Part shown: positions 46,832 through 54,625 of the stretch, piece by piece
Position numbering within the stretch: position 1 is the stretch's first letter
Layout of the letters: every line of letters starts with the position of its first letter
From: Candidatus Flemingiibacterium sp.
GTDB taxonomy: Bacteria; Bacillota; Clostridia; Oscillospirales; CAG-272
DNA length: 54,625 nt
NCBI GenBank assembly: GCA_045579105.1
Contig: JAZNLM010000109.1
Span: forward strand, 1-54,625
Direction of reading: 5' to 3'
Notes under the pieces: model-generated
What the model was told of the DNA's origin: nothing
Databases searched by the model: none
What the model saw: only the letters and a program-made list of their open reading frames with translations
Translations under genes and position numbers: made by a program

Positions 46832-48919
46832 TCAGTTGGCATCCTTAATGGAGAAGTCCATTCTTCCCTTTTTGTCAAGACCGAGATACTTTACCTTAAC
46901 CTTGTCGCCAAGCTTAAGAACGTCCTCTACCTTGTCGATGCGTTCCTGACAGATCTTGGAGATATGAACAAGACCTTCCTTACCGGGTGCATACTCAACG
47001 AAGGCACCGAACTCTTTGATACCGGTAACGGTTCCTTCGTAAACTGCGCCAACTTCAGGCTCGAATACAATGGCATCAATCATCGACTTAGCAAGATTAG
47101 CGCTATCACTGTTGATTGCAGCAATGGTGATAGTCCCGTCGTCGGTAATGTCAACCTTTGCGCCGCTGTCTGCACAAATCTTCTGAATTACAGAACCACC
47201 CTTACCGATAACTTCACGAATCTTATCGGGATCGATCTTGAAGGAAGTCATCTTGGGAGCATACTTGGAAACCTCTGCACGAGGAGCCTCGATAGCCTTG
47301 AGAATAACCTCGTCGATAATGTAATCGCGACCCTTGTGTGTAACTGCGAATGCTTCAGCGATGATCTCGGGAGTAAGACCGTCGATCTTAAGGTCCATCT
47401 GAATAGAAGTAATACCCTTCTTTGTACCTGCAACCTTGAAGTCCATATCGCCATAGAAGTCTTCAAGGCCCTGAATATCAATCATGGTAGTCCAAGTGCC
47501 GTCTTCAGCGGTGATAAGACCGCAGGAGATACCTGCAACAGGAGCCTTTATCGGCACGCCTGCGTCCATAAGTGCAAGAGTGGAACCGCACACAGAACCC
47601 TGCGAGGTGGAACCGTTAGAAGAAACGACCTCGGAAACAAGACGAATAGCATAGGGGAATTCCTCAACACTCGGGAGTACGGGAACGAGCGAACGCTCTG
47701 CGAGCGCGCCGTGACCGATCTCTCGTCTGCCGGCACCGCGGGAAGCCTTTGCTTCACCTGTGGAATAACCGGGCATATTGTAGTGGTGCATATATCTCTT
47801 CTCGGTTTCCTCGTCGATACCGTCGAGCATTTGGCTTTCGGAAAGTGTGCCGAGGGTAGCAACGGTAAGAACCTGCGTCTGACCACGGGTGAAAAGTCCC
47901 GAACCGTGGGTTCTGGGAAGGATACCTACTTCAGAAGCGAGAGGACGGATCTGGTCCATACGGCGGCCGTCAACACGCTTGTGATCCTCGAGGAGCCAGC
48001 GGCGAACGATCTTCTTCTGAATCTTGTAGATAAGCTCGGGATACTGAACGTCAAGCTCTGGATATTCTTCTCCGAACTTCTCCATGATTGCATCCTGAAT
48101 GGGGGTCATTCTTGCGTCACGTACATTCTTGTCATCGGTGTCGAGAGCGAACATTACGTCCTTCTCGCAGAACGCGAAAATCTTGTCGAACATATCGTGA
48201 TCAAGCTCGCCGGATTCGTAGGTGAACTTGGGCTTGCCTATTTCTGCAACGATGGCGTCAATAAACTTAATGAGTTTCTTGATCTCTGCGTGAGCGAGCA
48301 TGATAGCATCGTACATATCAGAGTCGGAAACTTCGTTAGCGCCTGCCTCGATCATTACAACCTTTTCAGCAGAAGCCGCAACTGTAAGCTGAAGATCGGA
48401 AACCTTTCTCTGCTCGAGCGTGGGGTTAATAACAGGCTTGCCGTCTACCATACCGATAAATGCGCCGCCTATAGGACCGTTCCACGAAATATCAGAAATG
48501 GAAAGAGCGATAGAAGCACCAATCATAGCGGTGATTTCAGGCGAGCAGTCGGGATCAACGCTCATTACGGTGAGTGAAAGGTTTACGTCGTTACGGAGAT
48601 CCTTCGGGAAAAGGGGACGTACGGGACGGTCAATAACACGAGAGGTAAGAATAGCCTTTTCAGAAGGCTTACCCTCACGCTTTAAGTAACCGCCGGGGAT
48701 CTTGCCCACAGCATACATCTTCTCTTCAAAGTCAACGCTAAGCGGAAGGAAGTCGATACCGTCACGAGGCTTTGCAGATGCAGTAGCGCAGCAAAGAAGT
48801 ACGGTTTCGCCGTAGCGGACAAGGCAAGATCCGTTTGCAAGGCCTGCGAGCTTGCCAGTTTCAACAACAAGAGGTCTGCCTGCAAATTCGTAGTTAAATA
48901 CTTTGTAATTCTCAAACAT
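46832..48919 (-). CDS. pnp: polyribonucleotide nucleotidyltransferase (PNPase)
   Basis: This 695 aa protein has two RNase PH domains (..SRVIDRPVRPLFP.., ..REIGHGALAERSL..) plus KH (IGKGGSVIQ) and S1 (GAVYEGTVTGIKEFGAFVE) domains. Confidence 0.95.
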   Translation of the reverse strand: MFENYKVFNYEFAGRPLVVETGKLAGLANGSCLVRYGETVLLCCATASAKPRDGIDFLPLSVDFEEKMYAVGKIPGGYLKREGKPSEKAILTSRVIDRPVRPLFPKDLRNDVNLSLTVMSVDPDCSPEITAMIGASIALSISDISWNGPIGGAFIGMVDGKPVINPTLEQRKVSDLQLTVAASAEKVVMIEAGANEVSDSDMYDAIMLAHAEIKKLIKFIDAIVAEIGKPKFTYESGELDHDMFDKIFAFCEKDVMFALDTDDKNVRDARMTPIQDAIMEKFGEEYPELDVQYPELIYKIQKKIVRRWLLEDHKRVDGRRMDQIRPLASEVGILPRTHGSGLFTRGQTQVLTVATLGTLSESQMLDGIDEETEKRYMHHYNMPGYSTGEAKASRGAGRREIGHGALAERSLVPVLPSVEEFPYAIRLVSEVVSSNGSTSQGSVCGSTLALMDAGVPIKAPVAGISCGLITAEDGTWTTMIDIQGLEDFYGDMDFKVAGTKKGITSIQMDLKIDGLTPEIIAEAFAVTHKGRDYIIDEVILKAIEAPRAEVSKYAPKMTSFKIDPDKIREVIGKGGSVIQKICADSGAKVDITDDGTITIAAINSDSANLAKSMIDAIVFEPEVGAVYEGTVTGIKEFGAFVEYAPGKEGLVHISKICQERIDKVEDVLKLGDKVKVKYLGLDKKGRMDFSIKDAN

Positions 48920-49127
48920 TTTGCTTTCTCCTTTGTTTTAATGTGGTTTGGAGATATTCTCTGGTTGTGCACTTAACAATAGGTCCGATACACTCAGGCA
49001 CATTGCTAAATGCAGAGCCGCAAATATCTCCATAATAAAATTTTACCCATCTTACTGTGCAAAGCACCGCAAGAAGGGCTGTTTCCGCTTTGCGGCGGTA
49101 AAACCGCCGCAAAAACGGATTGAAGTC

Positions 49128-49394
49128 TTATTTGCGCAGACCGAGCTTTTCAATGATAGCTCTGTAACGCTCGATGTCCTTCTTCTGAAGGTAGCCGAGA
49201 AGGTTTCTTCTCTGACCAACCATCTTAAGAAGGCCTCTGTGGCTGTGATGGTCCTTAGGGTTGTTCTTAAGATGAGCGTTGAGGGAGTTGATACGGTTGG
49301 TGAGGATAGCAATCTGAACCTCGGGAGAACCGGTATCAGCCTCGGAAAGCTTGTACTCTGCGATGATCTGCTGCTTAACTTCTTTGGTAATCAT
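49128..49394 (-). CDS. rpsO: 30S ribosomal protein S15
   Basis: The sequence is [69 protein letters not shown]. The start at 49394 has GAAAGGTGA upstream. The track ORF extends to 49448. Confidence 0.93.
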   Translation of the reverse strand: MITKEVKQQIIAEYKLSEADTGSPEVQIAILTNRINSLNAHLKNNPKDHHSHRGLLKMVGQRRNLLGYLQKKDIERYRAIIEKLGLRK

Positions 49395-49496
49395 GGTTTT
49401 TTCACCTTTCATAATATGATATTTTGTATATTCCGCAAAACAATGCAATCGGTCGGTGAGATCCGAAAACTTTGTCCCCGGTAATCATACGGATTT

Positions 49497-49525
49497 ATTA
49501 TATCACAACATTTCCCGTTTGTAAA
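49497..49525 (-). promoter_or_regulatory. sigma-A-type promoter of rpsO
   Basis: The minus strand reads TTTACA-17 nt-TATAAT, leaving a ~100 nt leader. Confidence 0.45.
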
Positions 49526-49564
49526 TAGTTTTTCTCAAATTTTTTCATCTTTTTTGAAAAATAC

Positions 49565-49593
49565 TTGCTTTTTATATGTATGTATGGTATAAT
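49565..49593 (+). promoter_or_regulatory. sigma-A-type promoter (extended -10)
   Basis: The sequence is TTGCTT-17 nt-(TGg)TATAAT, ~150 nt upstream of the kinase ATG. Confidence 0.45.
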
Positions 49594-49745
49594 GTTTAAT
49601 GTGTGTAAATATTTTTATATTTATTTTAAAAAGCCTTGAGCGGATAGACCTTAAAAGAAGTATCTTCGCTCGGACTTTTGCGGCAGTCCAAGAAATCCCC
49701 TATTTGGCATTCCTCAAATATATTTATTGAAAGGACCGTCATAGA

Positions 49746-50837
49746 ATGTATACTAAAGAGCTTGAAGCTGCAACGCATTTTCTTCTTGAAAGTTCCCCCA
49801 TATCCATAAAACCAATAACCTGTGGTAACATAAACCGCACTTTTGAAATAACGCTTGAGAGCGGACACAAGTATATTCTCCAGAACGTAAACACCAATGT
49901 TTTTAGAAGGCCGTATAAGCTAATGGAAAACGTCGAGAATATCTGTGCTTTTCTAAAAAAGAAGATTGAAGCAACAGGGGGCGATCCTGAACGTGAAGCG
50001 ATGACCTTTGCTAAAAGCGATGACAATACTCTTCTTTATATTGATGAATACAACAGACATTGGCGTATGTCAAAATCCATCGATGCTATATCATATCAAT
50101 CCATAACTCGTCCTGAACTTTTTTACAGCGCAGGCGAGGCTTTCGGAAGCTTCCAATCGATGCTTTCCGATTATCCAGCTACTACGCTCCACGAAACTAT
50201 ACCCAACTTCCATGATACCGTAATTCGATACAATGACTTCAAAGCGGCTGTCGAAAATTGTAAAATTTCCAAGCGTCTTAAGAAGGCAGCCGAAGAGATC
50301 GCATTTCTTGAGTCGCGTGAGCCGCTTGCACACATAGCAATTGATGCTATAAAATCTGGCGTGATGCCGATACGTGTTACACACAATGATACGAAGCTCA
50401 ACAACGTACTTATTGATGCAAAAACCGATAAAGGTGTATGTGTTATCGACCTCGACACTGTAATGCCCGGTTCGGTGCTCTATGATTTCGGTGATGCTAT
50501 TCGCTTTGGTGCATGCACTGCCGCCGAGGATGATCCCGACGTATCGAAGATTTCCCTCGATCTTGGTCTTTTTGAGCAGTTCACACGTGGATTTATAAAA
50601 GGGGTTGGCGCTTCACTGACTGATATTGAATATGATCTTTTAGCGGAAGGTGCTCTGCTCATGACCTACGAGCTTTGTCTGCGTTTCCTTGGCGACTACT
50701 TAAACGGAGACGTATATTTTAAGCGCAACTATCCAGAGCACAACATAATTCGCACCCGTGCACAAATCGCTTTATTAAAGGATATGGAAAGAAAGCTCCC
50801 CGAAATGAAGCGCATAGTTAATGAATGCCGCGCATAA
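49746..50837 (+). CDS. APH-fold sugar kinase, N-acetylhexosamine 1-kinase (NahK)-like
   Basis: From memory, it is collinear with Bifidobacterium NahK. Compare [11 protein letters not shown] with YILQQMNTSIF, and IPNFHDT with [48 protein letters not shown] compares with [54 protein letters not shown] compares with YPEHNLVRTRTQI. Confidence 0.75.
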   Translation: [363 protein letters not shown]

Positions 50838-51015
50838 TTTTATCGTTTTACCTCGGTATAACCAATATGCCATAAAACGACACTCTATATTCTTTTTTGA
50901 TATAGCTTTGCACGGAACTTTTTTGAAAGTCGTGCGTCTATATATGCAGGTCGGGAATAAAAAATCCCGTACTGCAAAAAATAAAACTGAAAATTTGAAA
51001 GGTTAGGTAAACAAA

Positions 51016-51615
51016 ATGTCTAAGAAAATTCTTGCACTTCTTCTCGCAGGCGTACTCGCTTGCGGCGCACTCGCTTCCTGCGGCGGCAACAACGGTGATA
51101 ACGGTGACACCACTCCTTCTACAGTTGAAGTAACTGTTCCCGAACTCAAGGATGCTATCCTTGGTGCTTACGGTGATACCTACAATCCCGAGAGCGAAAT
51201 GGGTATGCCCCTTATGGATATCCCTGCTGACATTCTCGAAGGAACCTACGGAATTCAGGCTGCATGGGTTGAGGATTTCGCAGCAGGTATGCCTATGATG
51301 ATGACTAACGTTGATACCTACATCGTAGTTAAGGCTACCGAAGGCAACACAGAGAATGTTCTCACCGCTCTTCAGAACTACTACAACTACCTTGTAAACG
51401 ATTCCTTCCAGTATCCCAAGGATGTTGAGAAAGTTCGTGCAGCAAAGGTTTTCGCTGAAGGCGACCTAGTATTCTTCCTTATGATGGGCACCCTCTCCGA
51501 TGAGGCGCTCTACGCTGAAGGCACCGCTGAGGAAATCGCTACTATTCAGTACAACGAAGCTGTTGCAAACAACCAGAAGGCAGTTGACGCTATCAACGCA
51601 CTTCTCGGCAAATAA
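51016..51615 (+). CDS. lipoprotein, probably DUF4358 family
   Basis: It has a lipobox, LLAGVLACGALASC|GG. The mature domain has ..ILEGTYGIQAAWVEDFAAGMPMMMTNVDTYIVVKA..ALQNYYNYL..FQYP, as I recall for DUF4358. Confidence 0.65.
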   Translation: MSKKILALLLAGVLACGALASCGGNNGDNGDTTPSTVEVTVPELKDAILGAYGDTYNPESEMGMPLMDIPADILEGTYGIQAAWVEDFAAGMPMMMTNVDTYIVVKATEGNTENVLTALQNYYNYLVNDSFQYPKDVEKVRAAKVFAEGDLVFFLMMGTLSDEALYAEGTAEEIATIQYNEAVANNQKAVDAINALLGK

Positions 51616-51692
51616 ATTCCTAAAAACCTGATATGGCGGCTCTTCCATTGGGTGAGCCGCCATAACTTTGCAAACTGAAAGGATTTACTAAA

Positions 51693-53108
51693 ATGGTATT
51701 CAGCAGTCTGCTGTTTTTGTTCCGCTATCTTCCGATAGTAATGGCACTGTATTTCATTCTCCCGAAGAAATACCGTAATGCGCTTCTGTTTGTGGCAAGC
51801 CTTATTTTCTACGCTTGGGGCGAACCGATATACGTCACTCTGATGATATTTTCAACTCTTGTTGACTATACACACGGTATGCTCGTTCAGCGCTATAAGG
51901 ATAAAGGTAATATACGCGCTGCAAAATGGGCTGTCGCCTCGTCTATGATAATTAACTTGGCACTGCTCGGCTTTTTCAAGTATTCCGACTTTTTAATATC
52001 CACAGTAAACTCTATTTTTGGCGCGGGAATTCCGCTTCTTAATCTTCCCCTTCCGATTGGTATATCGTTCTACACCTTCCAGACAATGTCCTACACCGTT
52101 GACGTTTACCGCGGAGATGCGAAGATGCAGAAAAACATACTCAGCTTCGGTGCATACGTTGCACTGTTCCCACAGCTTATAGCCGGTCCTATCGTACAGT
52201 ATAAGACAATCGCAGAACAGCTTGACGAGCGCCATGAGAATTTTGACGATTTCTCCGAGGGCGTTACCCGCTTTATGATGGGTCTTGGCAAAAAGGTGCT
52301 TCTTGCCAACAACGCAGGTATTATCTGGGACACGGTACTCGCGTCAAATCTTGACACCCTTCCCGTTCTAACTGCGTGGATAGGTATTCTTGCGTATTCC
52401 TTCCAAATCTATTTTGATTTCTCGGGTTACTCCGATATGGCCATAGGTCTTGGAAAAATGCTCGGCTTCCACTTCCTTGAAAACTTCAACTATCCGTATA
52501 TGTCAAAAAGTATCACGGAATTCTGGCGTCGCTGGCATATTTCGCTGGGCACTTGGTTCCGCGACTACGTATACATCCCCCTCGGAGGCAACCGCAAAGG
52601 TCCTGCAAAACACATCATCAATATATGCATTGTTTGGTTCTTAACAGGCCTTTGGCACGGCGCTAACTGGAACTTCATCATTTGGGGAGTATACTTCGGC
52701 GCACTTCTTATCATCGAAAAATTCTTCCTTCTGAAGCTTCTAAAAAAGCTTCCAGGATTTGTTTCACATATATACACGCTATTCTTCGTCGTTATAAGCT
52801 GGGCCATATTCGCTATTGAGGATATGTCAAAGCTTGGCAAGTTCATCGCAGCAATGTTTGGTGCAGGCGACTCGTTTGCCGATAGCACGTCGATGTATTT
52901 GCTTCTTACAAACGCGATACTCTTCGTAATACTCGCGATTGCGGCAACTCCTGCGCCAAAATATATTGCTGGAAAGCTTCTCACAAAGCTCGGCGAAGGA
53001 ACTTCAGGGACACTCATCAAGAACGTCACATTTGCGGCAATTCTCATAATTTCCACTGCGTATCTTGTTGATGCTTCCTATAACCCGTTCCTTTATTTCA
53101 GATTCTAA
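51693..53108 (+). CDS. MBOAT-family membrane O-acyltransferase (AlgI/DltB/PatA-like)
   Basis: This 471 aa polytopic protein has the motifs FYAWGEP, FSGYSDMAIGLGKMLGF, FWRRWHISLGTWFRDYVYIPLGGNR and the catalytic-His motif GLWHGANW. Confidence 0.9.
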   Translation: MVFSSLLFLFRYLPIVMALYFILPKKYRNALLFVASLIFYAWGEPIYVTLMIFSTLVDYTHGMLVQRYKDKGNIRAAKWAVASSMIINLALLGFFKYSDFLISTVNSIFGAGIPLLNLPLPIGISFYTFQTMSYTVDVYRGDAKMQKNILSFGAYVALFPQLIAGPIVQYKTIAEQLDERHENFDDFSEGVTRFMMGLGKKVLLANNAGIIWDTVLASNLDTLPVLTAWIGILAYSFQIYFDFSGYSDMAIGLGKMLGFHFLENFNYPYMSKSITEFWRRWHISLGTWFRDYVYIPLGGNRKGPAKHIINICIVWFLTGLWHGANWNFIIWGVYFGALLIIEKFFLLKLLKKLPGFVSHIYTLFFVVISWAIFAIEDMSKLGKFIAAMFGAGDSFADSTSMYLLLTNAILFVILAIAATPAPKYIAGKLLTKLGEGTSGTLIKNVTFAAILIISTAYLVDASYNPFLYFRF

Positions 53109-53123
53109 GGGGGGTAATATATA

Positions 53124-54251
53124 ATGAAACTAAAAAAAAGCAATATAGTTACTTCCTTGATTTTCTGCGTGCTCATTCTCACGCTTACCGTTGCAAGTAT
53201 GGTAAATCCAGTGCGTGAATTTTCCGCCACGGAAAACCGAAACCTCGCGCAGATGCCAAAATTCAGCTTCAAGGCGCTCTTTGACGGCTCGTTTACGATG
53301 GACTATGAAGAGTTTATTACCGACCAGTTTGTAGCGCGTGACTCCTGGATAACCTTCAAAACCTTCGCGGAACGCGTACTCGGTAAGAAAGAATCCGGCG
53401 GTGTTTACTTCGGCAAGGACGGTTATCTTATAGAAAAGCACGAGCTTGACAGCGAACAGCTTGAAAAGAACATCGTATATCTCACAGAGTTTCTTGATGC
53501 TGTGAAAGAATATAACACACGCGTGCTTATCGCTCCCACCGCATCGCTTATTTTAGCGGACAAACTTCCGGCATACGCTCCCGTGTGGGACCAGTCGGCA
53601 CTGCTTGACAGACTTGCCTCTCTCGGCAATTTCGTTGACTGCCGTGACGTGCTCACAGCTCACAAAGACGAGCTTATCTACTACCACGCTGACCACCACT
53701 GGACAACTCTCGGCGCATACTACGCATATACCGAGCTTTGCAAATCGCTTAATATTACTCCGTTTGAATTCGATGAGTTTGATAAACGCGTACTCGCAAA
53801 CGATTTCCAAGGCACGCTCGCCAATAAGGTCAATATAGACACGGTACGCGATGAGATATTCACTCTTGATCCCGAAACTGTAATTGAAGTCGTCTACAAC
53901 GGCGGACAGAATACAACTAACACTCTCTACGAAGAGAGTTATCTTTCAGGCCGCGACAAGTACTCCACATTCCTTAACGGAAATCAGCCCATGGTTCACA
54001 TAACAACTAGCGTTGACAACGGTAAAACGCTTCTTCTTGTCAAGGACTCCTATTCGCACTGTATGGTTCCTATGCTCACCGCTCACTATGAGCATATTAT
54101 TCTAATGGATATGCGCCATCTCAACATGGGTGTTGTGAGCTACCTTGCACAGCTTGAAGCAAAAGACGGAGTAACGGTTGACGATATCGTTGTACTCTAC
54201 AACGCGGAAAACTTCACCGAAGACCGAAACATGGTTAAGTTTGCAAAGTAA
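53124..54251 (+). CDS. DHHW-family protein (AlgJ/AlgX/PatB-like extracytoplasmic acyltransferase partner)
   Basis: It has an N-terminal TM anchor (VTSLIFCVLILTLTVASMV) and the eponymous motif YYHADHHWTTLGAYYAY. It lies 15 nt downstream of the MBOAT gene. Confidence 0.8.
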   Translation: MKLKKSNIVTSLIFCVLILTLTVASMVNPVREFSATENRNLAQMPKFSFKALFDGSFTMDYEEFITDQFVARDSWITFKTFAERVLGKKESGGVYFGKDGYLIEKHELDSEQLEKNIVYLTEFLDAVKEYNTRVLIAPTASLILADKLPAYAPVWDQSALLDRLASLGNFVDCRDVLTAHKDELIYYHADHHWTTLGAYYAYTELCKSLNITPFEFDEFDKRVLANDFQGTLANKVNIDTVRDEIFTLDPETVIEVVYNGGQNTTNTLYEESYLSGRDKYSTFLNGNQPMVHITTSVDNGKTLLLVKDSYSHCMVPMLTAHYEHIILMDMRHLNMGVVSYLAQLEAKDGVTVDDIVVLYNAENFTEDRNMVKFAK

Positions 54252-54435
54252 CACATAGAAAAAAGACTGTCCACACAGACCAATGTCATTTAGATAACTC
54301 GGTACAAGTATAGATAAGCCCAATACCGCATTCCCCCCTAATAGATTCAATTGAGTGTGTATTAAAAAGCTGTATCATAAAAATAATTGCCCGCATCAAC
54401 AGTGAGAATCTGGTAATGCGGGCGATTTTATTTGC

Positions 54436-54625
54436 TTAAATCAGCTTTGTTAGTTCATCTCTTACAAAGTCAAATCTCTCATGAGAAAAATCTTTCTTTA
54501 CGCGGTCAGTGTGCGTTTCTTCGTCAAAAGAAAACCAAAATGTACAAGTCGGGTAATCAAATTCCGGTGACGCAAGAATAGATGTGTGTCTTTTTTCTTT
54601 TGGAAGCTGCGGATAATCCCACACA
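54436..54625 (-). CDS. hypothetical protein, C-terminal fragment (5' end beyond the window)
   Basis: The frame is open to the window edge. The product ends ..FWFSFDEETHTDRVKKDFSHERFDFVRDELTKLI*. I recognise no family. Confidence 0.4.
   Translation of the reverse strand, partial: VWDYPQLPKEKRHTSILASPEFDYPTCTFWFSFDEETHTDRVKKDFSHERFDFVRDELTKLI

Noticed and set aside
46964-48577. A very long + strand ORF (537 aa), plus similar long ORFs at 12182..13279, 4483..5271, 27677..28570, 10663..11466 and 67..807
   Set aside because: Each lies entirely antisense to a gene with strong family signatures (pnp, the DUF4838-like gene, the CorC-family gene, polC, purH, valS). Their translations are low-complexity and rich in Cys, Ser, Arg and Leu, with no motifs and no RBS. 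They are shadow ORFs produced by codon bias.
1-54625. CRISPR arrays, rRNA or tRNA genes, transposases or integrases, recognisable defence or toxin-antitoxin systems
   Set aside because: I saw no regularly spaced direct repeats, no tRNA-like GTTCGAATC-type arms in the GC-rich intergenic islands, and no ORF with recombinase, transposase, nuclease or reverse-transcriptase signatures. This is a by-eye scan only. tRNAscan-SE, Infernal or CRISPR finders were not run.

Overview
This window reads as a mostly housekeeping chromosomal segment from an endospore-forming Firmicute, probably Clostridia-like. Coding sequence has balanced GC and the intergenic spacers are strongly AT-rich.

Gene content, in order along the window:
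- valS, 5' part only. It is missing from the ORF track because it has no stop in the window. It has a Val T-box leader.
- A SleB/CwlJ-type cell-wall hydrolase behind a long structured leader.
- A CNNM/CorC-type transporter behind an M-box-like leader.
- A DUF4317-like protein, a Mn-catalase family protein, an unlinked sigG, pyk and purH.
- A DUF4838-like protein with a decayed paralog remnant next to it.
- A coiled-coil secreted protein that overlaps the start of an oversized SpoIID/LytB protein.
- The spoIIAA-spoIIAB-sigF operon, followed by a small sigma-region-4-like HTH gene.
- A complete minus-strand his operon (hisZGDCBHAFIE).
- The conserved block polC-ispG-rseP-dxr-cdsA-uppS-frr-pyrH-tsf-rpsB.
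- A frameshifted XRE-family pseudogene and a ylmC/ymxH-like sporulation gene.
- A preQ1-I riboswitch controlling queT-queF.
- A FliB-like Cys-rich protein, a PLP aminotransferase, an EamA transporter and a VanY-like M15 peptidase with a Gln-rich tandem repeat.
- pnp, rpsO and a NahK-like kinase.
- A DUF4358 lipoprotein / MBOAT / DHHW envelope O-acylation module.

I found no rRNA, tRNA, CRISPR array, intact mobile element, or recognisable defence or toxin system.

I cannot point to a clearly new multi-gene system. The best leads are:
- the uncharacterised DUF4358-MBOAT-DHHW module;
- the sigma-r4-like gene appended to the sigF operon;
- the unclassified structured leader plus upstream ORF ahead of the SleB-like hydrolase;
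- the phased TTGCA array and palindrome ahead of the aminotransferase;
- the FliB-like protein with no flagellar context.

Regulatory motifs were located by hand, so their coordinates are approximate (+/- a few nt). All family assignments come from motif recognition by eye, not from database searches.
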